Assembly: GCA_041739995.1 (NCBI GenBank)
Contig: JBGSMV010000043.1
Coordinates: 1-64,000, forward strand
Direction of reading: 5' to 3'
Origin: Bdellovibrionota bacterium
Lineage (GTDB): Bacteria; Bdellovibrionota_C; UBA2361; JBGSMV01
Length of the DNA: 64,000 nucleotides
Both the position numbers and the translations under genes were made by a program. Of the stretch, positions 9,687 through 17,967 are shown in pieces. The notes beneath the pieces are model-generated. The model made no database searches. It had not been told where the DNA came from and worked only from the letters and a program-made list of their open reading frames with translations. The stretch's first letter is position 1. Every line of letters starts with the position of its first letter.

Positions 9687-11070
9687 AAGAGCCGCTCTCC
9701 GATGTACACCAAGGAAGCTCTCTGAGAACACATTGAGTGTCTGAGTTACTGCTCAGCGCGAGAATCTCTGGAATGACCCTGGAAACCATTGTGGAAGACG
9801 AAGCCTCTGCGACAAAAGTGCCTAAGCCCGGCAGATTGACGCCACTATCATGGTCTGACTCAGAAGGATCAGGGGGCGTTCCCGTTGTCTTCTCAACGAA
9901 TGGACCTTCTGCCCCTTGTAACGCCACATCGACCGTCTCAGTGAGTTCCGACTCCCACAGGTCCTTTAACGACTCGCCAGCATCCGCTGCCAACGACTCG
10001 TTCTCTCGAACAGGAGAGAGCTCTTCAGGCTCATCATCAAGCACCGCTACTTTTGTCTCATCGTTAGGCGCACTAAACAGAGAGGCCCAATTAATCGACT
10101 GCTGAGCACCAATCTCTTTCATCTTGGCCCAACCACGTGATGCCTGCGGGTAACCAACAAAGCCAATTGCCCCCACTAGTATCGCCACCGCAAGAAATGC
10201 TACCGCTCCATGGCCTGAGCGCACTGAGGAACTAAATCCTGCCAGCCAGAGCGCCACACTATCGCCCCAACCGCTAGACTTCTTCATCAAGGGACCAAGC
10301 GAAGGGTCGATCAAATCGCTCGTATCGCCCTTAATCCCATTCGATTCTAAAGAACTTTGACTGGACTTCGTCTGCCTGTCCTTAAGCGCCATGTCCTGGA
10401 CCTTTTGACTTTCCTCTTCCACTTTCATGGCGAAATGTTTTTGAATGGCACGTTGGTCAATGTCTAACACCTCAACCTCACGCACTTCTCGAATCTCGGT
10501 CCAAGCCTTGGGCTTGAAGCTGAGATGAAATACGACTGCCGTCACATCTGTAGTGCGCACATGTTCTAGAAGAAGTTCGGCGAAGGCCTCCCTCCAGCGA
10601 CCACTAAAGGGAAGAAAGGGATCGTTCAAGAATAGCAGCTTTGGTCCCTCAGGCAGTGCGCTGGCGCGCATAAGAAGGATCAGCTCCATTTGCCGCTGAG
10701 CGGTTGGTGGTAGCAGTCGGAAAGGGAGATAAGCTTGATCTCTTAATTCATAACGCTCGATGATTTTCTCGCACTCATCCTCGTGAAAACCTCCGGCCAA
10801 AAGGAAACTGCCGATCGAGCCGTGATCCTCGACGGTCGAGTCAAAGCCCAACAATCCACGACTACTCAGTGGCAACGGCTTTCCTGCTGGATCGAATATC
10901 CCGACTACACTGGAACACTCTGACCGAACCACGTTCTGATATTCCTCGATGAGGCTACCCTCATCGTCTCTTAGGACAGAGATCATTCCAGGAGGACAGG
11001 CCACAGACACTTGGATCCCAAGGTCAGGGATCTTTCGTTTTAGAGTATATGCCTTAGGTTTAAGCGCCAC
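9679..11070 (-). CDS. Hypothetical membrane-anchored protein with a degenerate ABC-ATPase-like region
   Basis: LPPTAQRQ...KLLFLNDPFLPFS...AVVFH follows the ABC signature/Walker B/H-loop order; no Walker A; one TM segment; acidic tail. Confidence 0.65.
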   Translation of the reverse strand: MALKPKAYTLKRKIPDLGIQVSVACPPGMISVLRDDEGSLIEEYQNVVRSECSSVVGIFDPAGKPLPLSSRGLLGFDSTVEDHGSIGSFLLAGGFHEDECEKIIERYELRDQAYLPFRLLPPTAQRQMELILLMRASALPEGPKLLFLNDPFLPFSGRWREAFAELLLEHVRTTDVTAVVFHLSFKPKAWTEIREVREVEVLDIDQRAIQKHFAMKVEEESQKVQDMALKDRQTKSSQSSLESNGIKGDTSDLIDPSLGPLMKKSSGWGDSVALWLAGFSSSVRSGHGAVAFLAVAILVGAIGFVGYPQASRGWAKMKEIGAQQSINWASLFSAPNDETKVAVLDDEPEELSPVRENESLAADAGESLKDLWESELTETVDVALQGAEGPFVEKTTGTPPDPSESDHDSGVNLPGLGTFVAEASSSTMVSRVIPEILALSSNSDTQCVLRELPWCTSESGSYE

Positions 11071-11112
11071 TGAACTATTCCTTAGTATCTTCAGCCGATC
11101 AGATAACAGATG

Positions 11113-11538
11113 CTAGTCTTCCAGCTGGAAGACCGTGGCTTCCTTCTCGCCTTCCTCCTCGTTACCAAGCAGAATGTCGAGCCCGTACACCACTTGCTCT
11201 TGAGAGAACGGCTTTGTGATGTAGTAAGTCGCTCCAGTGAGGTACCCCCGCAGGACATTCTCCGAGCGATCTAATGCGGTCAGAAGCACCACCGGAACAT
11301 CCGCGCCATGAGGAAGTTGCCGAAACTGGGCGAGCACGGTGAGACCGTCAACGTCCGGCATCATTATATCTAAAAAAACAGCATCGTAGGCCGATACTCG
11401 CTCTTTGTCAGAAAGCAACTGCAAAGCTTCTACACCTGAATGAATCGCCTCAGTCTCACAACCAAGCGACGCAAGCATAGTACCAAGCAAATCGGTACAA
11501 CTGGGATCGTCATCAACGATCAAAAATTTTGGACTCAT
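11113..11538 (-). CDS. Single-domain response regulator (receiver)
   Basis: LIVDDD, FLDIMMPDVDG, LLTA and YITKPF motifs; GGAGGGAG Shine-Dalgarno. Confidence 0.95.
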   Translation of the reverse strand: MSPKFLIVDDDPSCTDLLGTMLASLGCETEAIHSGVEALQLLSDKERVSAYDAVFLDIMMPDVDGLTVLAQFRQLPHGADVPVVLLTALDRSENVLRGYLTGATYYITKPFSQEQVVYGLDILLGNEEEGEKEATVFQLED

Positions 11539-11562
11539 ACTCCCTCCATCTCTCAATCACCT

Positions 11563-13203
11563 CTACGTTACAGAAACCTTTGCTGCCTTATTGCTTCTCC
11601 ACCGATTCGCCGGTTCTTCCTTAGGCTTTTGTGGTACTTCTTTAGCAGCGCTCGACATTGGCGCCTCGGGTTGTGAAGCCGCAACCGCCTTAGGAATTTG
11701 GCGCACGGGCACTGCCGCCTCAGTCACCTTTGCAGCAGCTTGCGCCACTAACGCGTTCGGCTGCCGCAGCGCTGGAGTTGTTCGAATGGCCATGGGTGCG
11801 ATCTCTGGCGCGGAAGCAACCGGGACCGCTGCCTCTACAGGCTCACCGAAGCTCTCGCCCTCGTCCGTGGTAGCGCCCAGTACTTCTTCTATGGAAGTAA
11901 TGCCTTGCTGTACTAACTCCAGTCCGGCACGCCGCAGCGTTATCATACCAGCTCGTATCGCATGCGCCTTGAGATCGTCCTTTGACGCACCACTTAAAAT
12001 CATCACACGCATCTGATCGTCAGGGAGCAGGACCTCATATACAGGCGCTCTTCCCGAGTACCCCATATTTCGACATTTATCACAGCCCGTTCCATGCCAG
12101 GTGGTTCCGTCACCCAACATCTCAGCCCCCGCACCAAGTTTAGCAAGGAGTTCCACTGGGACTTTGGTCTGCACCTTACAATGCTGGCACACTCGGCGAA
12201 CCAAACGTTGCGCCACTACACAGTTGATCGAAGTGGTAATCAGATATGGTGCGACTCCCATGTTCAAGAGACGTTGAATCGTAGAGACTGCGCAATTTGT
12301 GTGCAAAGTTGAAAGCACAAGATGTCCCGTAAGAGCTGCTTTAATTGAAATTTCAGCGGTCTCTTGATCTCGAACTTCTCCCACAAGAATTACATCAGGA
12401 TCCTGACGAAGTAGCGAGCGAAGAATTGAGGCAAATGAATATCCGACCCCTGGATTCACTTGACACTGAGTCACTCCCTGCAGAGTTCCCTCGATAGGAT
12501 CCTCAGCCGTAAATACGCTCACCGAAATATCGTTCAGCTCATTCAATGCTGCATAGAGAGTGGTAGTCTTGCCAGATCCGGTGGGACCGGTCACCAACAC
12601 CAATCCATCAGGCTTATGGATGGCATCTCGAATCATCTTCAACTGTTTCTCAGGAATACCAAGCTTAGAAAGATCGTTATTAACTGATGCTGAGGACATC
12701 ACGCGCAACACAATCTTTTCGCCAAACGCGGATGGCAGCGTACTCATGCGAAACTCAGCCTGCACGCCGTTGGAATTCAGCTTGAATGACCCATCTTGGG
12801 GAACGCGGCGCTCACAGATGTCGAGTGCCGCCATGATCTTTAGACGCGAGGAGACTGACGACGCAAGCTTCGTTGGAATTTTCTGCATCTCTTGTAGAAT
12901 TCCATCGATGCGAAAGCGCACACGAAGCACCGACTCGAACGGCTCAATGTGAATGTCTGAGGCATTTGCGCGAACCGCTTCGGCGAGAAGGCAGTTCACT
13001 AAACGAATAAGCGGGGCATCAACTGAGTTGTCCGCAAGCGCGTCCATCTCTCGCTGTACTTCCGCCGCAGAATCATCGGAGTCAAGGATTAGCTTTAGGT
13101 TGCCCTCAACAGTCTCGTCACCCTTACGCCCAAGCGCACCGGGCTTCCCTGTGGGAGTTTTCCGCAGCTTCGCGGCCCCCGGTTTTTGAGGTGCATTGAA
13201 CAT
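11563..13203 (-). CDS. PilB/GspE-family secretion ATPase with a short N-terminus and an Ala/Pro-rich tail
   Basis: ASDIHIEP, RVPQDG, Walker A GPTGSGKTT, LRQDPDVILVGEVRD, TGHLVLSTLHTN, CxxC...CxxC. Confidence 0.95.
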   Translation of the reverse strand: MFNAPQKPGAAKLRKTPTGKPGALGRKGDETVEGNLKLILDSDDSAAEVQREMDALADNSVDAPLIRLVNCLLAEAVRANASDIHIEPFESVLRVRFRIDGILQEMQKIPTKLASSVSSRLKIMAALDICERRVPQDGSFKLNSNGVQAEFRMSTLPSAFGEKIVLRVMSSASVNNDLSKLGIPEKQLKMIRDAIHKPDGLVLVTGPTGSGKTTTLYAALNELNDISVSVFTAEDPIEGTLQGVTQCQVNPGVGYSFASILRSLLRQDPDVILVGEVRDQETAEISIKAALTGHLVLSTLHTNCAVSTIQRLLNMGVAPYLITTSINCVVAQRLVRRVCQHCKVQTKVPVELLAKLGAGAEMLGDGTTWHGTGCDKCRNMGYSGRAPVYEVLLPDDQMRVMILSGASKDDLKAHAIRAGMITLRRAGLELVQQGITSIEEVLGATTDEGESFGEPVEAAVPVASAPEIAPMAIRTTPALRQPNALVAQAAAKVTEAAVPVRQIPKAVAASQPEAPMSSAAKEVPQKPKEEPANRWRSNKAAKVSVT

Positions 13204-13734
13204 GGCGAATACTTAAATTTTTCCTAAGTATGTGTCGGAAGCTTCCGCACTATTCTGAATAACCGAACGCTGTCACATCCAAGAATTGCTGAGGGCAATT
13301 CTTTGATAAGGGAGGCCCGACAGATAAGACGCCTTACGAATGCGATTCTCTGATGCTAAGTCCTCAATTTGGTTTGCAAAGCCAACTTCGCGGCTCCGCC
13401 TGTCTGGAATGGCACAAGGCACAGAATGACAAGCATATTGCAGAGAGCTTTCATTCACACTAAGCCAGCGACAGCCTCCCTAAGAAATATTCGCAGATAT
13501 GAATCAGCAAGACTTTGGTGTTTGGACTCCCCTGCTTGGATTCAAATTTCTCCACCGGCCGCTATTGAGCGACAGATTGTTTATCAAAGACTCCCCACAG
13601 GTGCTGAAATCCGGAGAGCTCTGGCTAAGTTCTTAATCTAAGGACGGCCCGTTCGCAGGAAGAATGTCCGATTGCTTCGGGCGATCCTTCGCGCCTTCCA
13701 TTCAAGCCGCTAAGCGGCTATTTAACCTTGAATT

Positions 13735-14106
13735 ATGCCTCCATCAATCGAGAAATTTCTAGAACTTGAGACTCAAGTGTGGGAGGCGCTCAAGAGCGGC
13801 GATCGCGACCTGGATGCAAAAATGCTGTCAGATGATTTTCTGGGAGTTTATCCCAGTGGGTTTGCCGGGAAACAACAACACAGCGCGCAGCTGGATCATG
13901 GGCCCGCTGTTGCGAATTACCGCATTGAGGACGCACGGCTGATAGCAATTGCAAATGACCAGGTGCTGCTTTCTTACCTTGCCGTTTGGTCACGTTGGAA
14001 GAACGGTAATCCCGGTGCCGAAGAAAGGATGTACATAAGTTCAATTTGGAAATGCACTGATGACGTTTGGAAGAATACTTTCAGCCAAGATACTCCAGCG
14101 GGCTGA
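13735..14106 (+). CDS. NTF2-like (DUF4440-type) protein
   Basis: LETQVWEALKSGD...LSDDFLGV...SSIWK...FSQDT pattern. Confidence 0.8.
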   Translation: MPPSIEKFLELETQVWEALKSGDRDLDAKMLSDDFLGVYPSGFAGKQQHSAQLDHGPAVANYRIEDARLIAIANDQVLLSYLAVWSRWKNGNPGAEERMYISSIWKCTDDVWKNTFSQDTPAG

Positions 14107-14202
14107 CAAACCGCTCCACCAGATTTACCTCCCAATCGATTCGGTGGCAGGTCGAGAGTATAAAGGGAGGCGAAAACCAATTTGCGTTGTCCATTCTCCA
14201 AT

Positions 14203-14562
14203 ATGACTGATTGTACCTTTTGTCGATTTATTAATCGCGCGCTTCTTTCCCACACCCTGTTCGAAGATTCTCGTACTAGATGCCTTCTTGATATTCACCG
14301 TATCAATCCTGGGCATGCTCTCGTCGTCCCCAAAAGACACGTGGAATTCTTTAGGAGCCCCTCGTCGATCGAAGCCTCCCATCACACTCATCGTGGACAA
14401 GCCATGGCGACGTCACCTTAAGGCCGTCATCTCGGATTGTGCCGGACTTCAGCTTTCTCTAGGAGGGGTGAAGCCGCAAACCAAGCGGTCCCGCACTCCC
14501 ATCTTCATGTTATTCCACGATGTTCAGCTGACGGATTTGATTGGAAATTTCCGCCTGGCTAG
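14203..14562 (+). pseudogene. HIT-family protein pseudogene
   Basis: The HIT N-terminus (MTDCTFC...DIHRINPGHALVVPKRH) stops at 14419-14421. The middle segment (LKAVISDCAGLQLSL) is in another frame. The triad GEAANQAVPHSHLHVIPR resumes in the first frame at 14467. Confidence 0.85.
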
Positions 14563-14603
14563 AGAAATCCAGAAGCACCAGTCCCGGATTCAGTAAAGGC
14601 GCC

Positions 14604-15371
14604 CTAGGTAAGTATCTCTACACCATCTTGGGTGACAAGCACGGTATGCTCCCACTGCGCAGAAAGCCTTCCGTCTGCGGTTCTCACCGTCCAGCCATCT
14701 ACCGTTGAGAGCACAGTTTTGTGAGTGCCAAGATTAATCATCGGCTCCACCGTGAAAGTCATCCCCGGTTTGAGCACATCGCCATGACCTTTCTTACCCA
14801 CATGAATCACCTGCGGTGGCTCATGGAACTCGCGCCCTACCCCGTGTCCGGTGTATTCCCGCACGATTCCATACGGATATCCCGTGCTCGCAATGAACGC
14901 TTGAATTGCTGCGCCAATGTCTCCCACTCTTCCGCCGGGTCTCACGGCGTTAATCCCCGCCTGCATGGCCTGTTTGGTCACCTGAACCAGCACCACGGCT
15001 TCTTCGGAGCTCTCGCTCGGATCGCCGACGAAGTACATACGGCTCGAGTCCCCGTGAAAACCATTCTTGTAACTTGTCACATCGACATTGATGATGTCGC
15101 CCGATCGAAGCACCACATACGGGCTGGGAACTCCGTGGCACACCACATCGTTGGGCGAAGTGCAGCATGATTTAGTAAACCCTTTGTACCCAAGTGTGGA
15201 CGGAGTTGCTCCCGCATCAGAAATCATTGCGTGGACTTTGCGATTGATATCTTCGGTGCTGATCCCCGGCTTGATGAACTCGCTAAGCGCATCAAGTACA
15301 CTAGAGGTGATGCGACAAGACTCGCGCATCAATTTAAGATCTTCGGTTGATTTAATCGGAATACGATTCAC
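14604..15371 (-). CDS. map: Type I methionine aminopeptidase
   Basis: VVCHGVP, GDIINVDVT, HGDSSR, GHGVGREFHEPP, FTVEPMIN and SAQWEHT motifs. Confidence 0.97.
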   Translation of the reverse strand: MNRIPIKSTEDLKLMRESCRITSSVLDALSEFIKPGISTEDINRKVHAMISDAGATPSTLGYKGFTKSCCTSPNDVVCHGVPSPYVVLRSGDIINVDVTSYKNGFHGDSSRMYFVGDPSESSEEAVVLVQVTKQAMQAGINAVRPGGRVGDIGAAIQAFIASTGYPYGIVREYTGHGVGREFHEPPQVIHVGKKGHGDVLKPGMTFTVEPMINLGTHKTVLSTVDGWTVRTADGRLSAQWEHTVLVTQDGVEILT

Positions 15372-15485
15372 TGGATCGGTCCCATGACATCGAAGGCCAC
15401 ATCATTACTTTATCGGATCAGCGCCTGAAACAGGTTTTGGCATGTAGTGAGTATTCCTCCAAGCGGAAAGCTCACATTAAGGACA

Positions 15486-15977
15486 TCAAAGACTAGCTTT
15501 TTTGCCACTGCCCTTTTGGAACCCCTCACAAAGCTCAAGTATCACCTCAAGCTCTCTATCAGAAACCGGATGGACGCTAAGCCGAGAGCCTCTCTGCAAC
15601 ACCATCATTTTTTCGAGCTCGCGGCGCGATCGAAGCTCGTTCAATCCAACCACATGAGAAAATTTACTTACGAACTCTAGTTCGGGACTCCACCATCGCG
15701 GTTCGGTCTTGGTTGATGCCGGGTCATAGTAGTCGCTCTTTTTATCGAACTGAAGCGGATCAGGCACCGCTTCATGGCGCACTTTACAAACGCCTACCAC
15801 ACCAAGTTCTTCGCAAGATGAATGAAAGTAGAGCACCTTCTCACCCGCTTTCATCTCACGTAGATAATTTCGTGCTTGGTAGTTACGAACTCCATCCCAC
15901 AGAGTTTTACGATCCTTTTTGAGATCGTCGATCGAGTACACATCTGGTTCACTTTTTACCAACCAATTCGCTGGCAT
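15486..15977 (-). CDS. EVE domain-containing protein
   Basis: WLVKSEPDVYSIDDL, WDGVRNYQARNYL and RLSVHPV motifs. Confidence 0.95.
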   Translation of the reverse strand: MPANWLVKSEPDVYSIDDLKKDRKTLWDGVRNYQARNYLREMKAGEKVLYFHSSCEELGVVGVCKVRHEAVPDPLQFDKKSDYYDPASTKTEPRWWSPELEFVSKFSHVVGLNELRSRRELEKMMVLQRGSRLSVHPVSDRELEVILELCEGFQKGSGKKASL

Positions 15978-16054
15978 ATGGCACCTCTTAGAGAGCACGA
16001 AGAATAGCGAAGAAGCTTCACTGTGTACAATCGCACTCGGGAGAGGGTTGCTGT

Positions 16055-16573
16055 ATGGCTCTAAGCAGTCAAAATGAGTCTATGGAACAGCTCTTGGGCA
16101 CCGTTTTACCGATATTGGCATGGTTGACTATTGCCTTAGGGTTTGTAGGCAACATTCTTCCGATCTTACCTGGGGCACCCCTAATGCTTGCCGGCATGGT
16201 TTTTCTGGCCTACCTAGACTCGTTTGAGTCCATTGGCGCCGGAGGCATTTCAGCGCTCACCGTACTTACTGGCTTGATTATCGCCGTGGATATCCTTGCT
16301 TCCTATTTGGGGGCCAAACGGGCGGGCGCCAGTGGTCTTGCCCTGATTGGCGCATCCATCGGCACTGTGGTCGGACTCTTTGCAGGCCTCGTCGGGGTGC
16401 TGGTCGCACCGTTTTTAGGCGCATTTGTGGGCGAACTCATCGCTCGAGGGGAGGCACTGCGCGCCGGTAAAGTCGGCTTTGCCACTTGGGTAGGCCTTGT
16501 TATTGGTGCTGCCGCCAAGCTAGCCCTTGCTGCTATCATGTTGGGTGTGTTTCTCCTGCTTTATTTCGCGTAA
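16055..16573 (+). CDS. DUF456-family membrane protein
   Basis: ILPILPGAPL, GAKRAGAS and PFLGAFVGEL motifs. Confidence 0.85.
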   Translation: MALSSQNESMEQLLGTVLPILAWLTIALGFVGNILPILPGAPLMLAGMVFLAYLDSFESIGAGGISALTVLTGLIIAVDILASYLGAKRAGASGLALIGASIGTVVGLFAGLVGVLVAPFLGAFVGELIARGEALRAGKVGFATWVGLVIGAAAKLALAAIMLGVFLLLYFA

Positions 16574-16619
16574 CTACTGTACTCAGGATTGTCACCTCAT
16601 CATCGTTGACGACTAGCTC

Positions 16620-17831
16620 ATGGATATCTCAAACATTCTGCCCTTCGCCCTCGGAGTGTTGTGTGGTTCCAGCGCCGCCGCTTTCTTGGTCATGCGAATT
16701 CAAGCCCGACGTATGCTTGATTTGACACGAGAAAACGCCACTCTCGCTGAGCGAGTAGCACAGCACTCAACCTCAGACAGCCAGCTCGAAAATACGCTCT
16801 TGGGCATGTCTCAGAAAGCCCTCCAAGCCAGCAGCGCTCAGCTGGCCCAACTTACCAAGTCAGAGCTCGATGCCCAACAGGGCTGGCTTGAACAAACCAC
16901 TTCCCTCGTTTCCGAGCGACTTCGAGAAATTGACCGCTCACTGCGCGAACTAGAAAAATCGCGCCTTGAACGTGAAGGGGCGCTCGGCGTTCAACTCTCC
17001 TCTCTAAATAGCGTTACACAAAACTTAACCGCAGAAACTCGCCACCTCCACCGCACTTTGTCCGCACCGCGAGGCGCTGGCCGCTGGGGAGAAGTGCAAC
17101 TTCGCAATATCGTCGAAGCCACTGGATTGGTTCATCACTGTGATTTTCTTGAACAGCCCTCGATCTCTCACGGAGAAGCCCACGGGGAACGCTCAATATT
17201 GCGACCCGACTTGGTTATCCGGCTGCCAGGCGAAAAGTGCCTCATTGTCGATTCAAAAGCTCCGGTGCAGAGTCTGCTTGGCCTTACCGAGGATGCAGAT
17301 GAACAAACCCGAGCGTCGATCGTCAAGCAGTACGGCGTCGCACTAAGACGCCATATCCGTTCTACTTCTCAACGCAACTATCCCGCAGCTATCCCGCACG
17401 CTCTACCCCACATTGCGATATTCATCCCAAGCGAAGTGCTTTTGAGTTTTGCGCTGGAAGCCGAGCAGGACCTTTTTAGTTACTGCGAGGAATATAAGGT
17501 GCTGCTCTGTACACCTTTGTCGCTATTGGCTTACCTGCACACCGTCGCGCTGGGTTGGAAAGAGACCAATCTACGTTCACACGCAGAAGAGCTTAGAAAC
17601 CTAGGTATTTCTCTGTTCGATCACGTCGATCGCGTAGTCGGTTCTTTTGACGCCGTAGGCCGATCGCTGTCGTCCGCAGTGAATCAATATAATGAAGCGA
17701 GCGGCATTCTTGATAAAAAGGTGATCCCGGTTGCGCGACGCTTTCGGGAGATTGAAGGTCGCTCTGAACAAACAGCGCCTGGGGTTAAGAATATTACCCA
17801 AATCGTCCAACCTCCGACGGGCACCGAATAA
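16620..17831 (+). CDS. rmuC: DNA recombination protein RmuC
   Basis: N-terminal TM and coiled coil; GRWGEVQLRNIVE, RPDLVIRLPG, IVDSKAP and IFIPSE motifs. Confidence 0.92.
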   Translation: MDISNILPFALGVLCGSSAAAFLVMRIQARRMLDLTRENATLAERVAQHSTSDSQLENTLLGMSQKALQASSAQLAQLTKSELDAQQGWLEQTTSLVSERLREIDRSLRELEKSRLEREGALGVQLSSLNSVTQNLTAETRHLHRTLSAPRGAGRWGEVQLRNIVEATGLVHHCDFLEQPSISHGEAHGERSILRPDLVIRLPGEKCLIVDSKAPVQSLLGLTEDADEQTRASIVKQYGVALRRHIRSTSQRNYPAAIPHALPHIAIFIPSEVLLSFALEAEQDLFSYCEEYKVLLCTPLSLLAYLHTVALGWKETNLRSHAEELRNLGISLFDHVDRVVGSFDAVGRSLSSAVNQYNEASGILDKKVIPVARRFREIEGRSEQTAPGVKNITQIVQPPTGTE

Positions 17832-17967
17832 GCGCTTTCACTCCAAATTTGCTTCCTCAGCTGCCTAAGTAGCTGAATCTACATCTGTGACGTTGTGGGA
17901 CCTCAATAGATCGAGTGTAATAACCGAAAGACACTGCACGACTAAAGGTTTGACTACATATATCACC

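Noticed and set aside
13273..13641. Small ORFs between the PilB-like gene and the NTF2-like gene
   Set aside because: No recognisable family or clear RBS. The region looks like a divergent promoter with short inverted repeats (e.g. aagaattgc/gcaattctt).
15486..17831. EVE plus RmuC as an anti-phage module
   Set aside because: They are divergently transcribed, common stand-alone housekeeping-context genes with no linked restriction or toxin partner.
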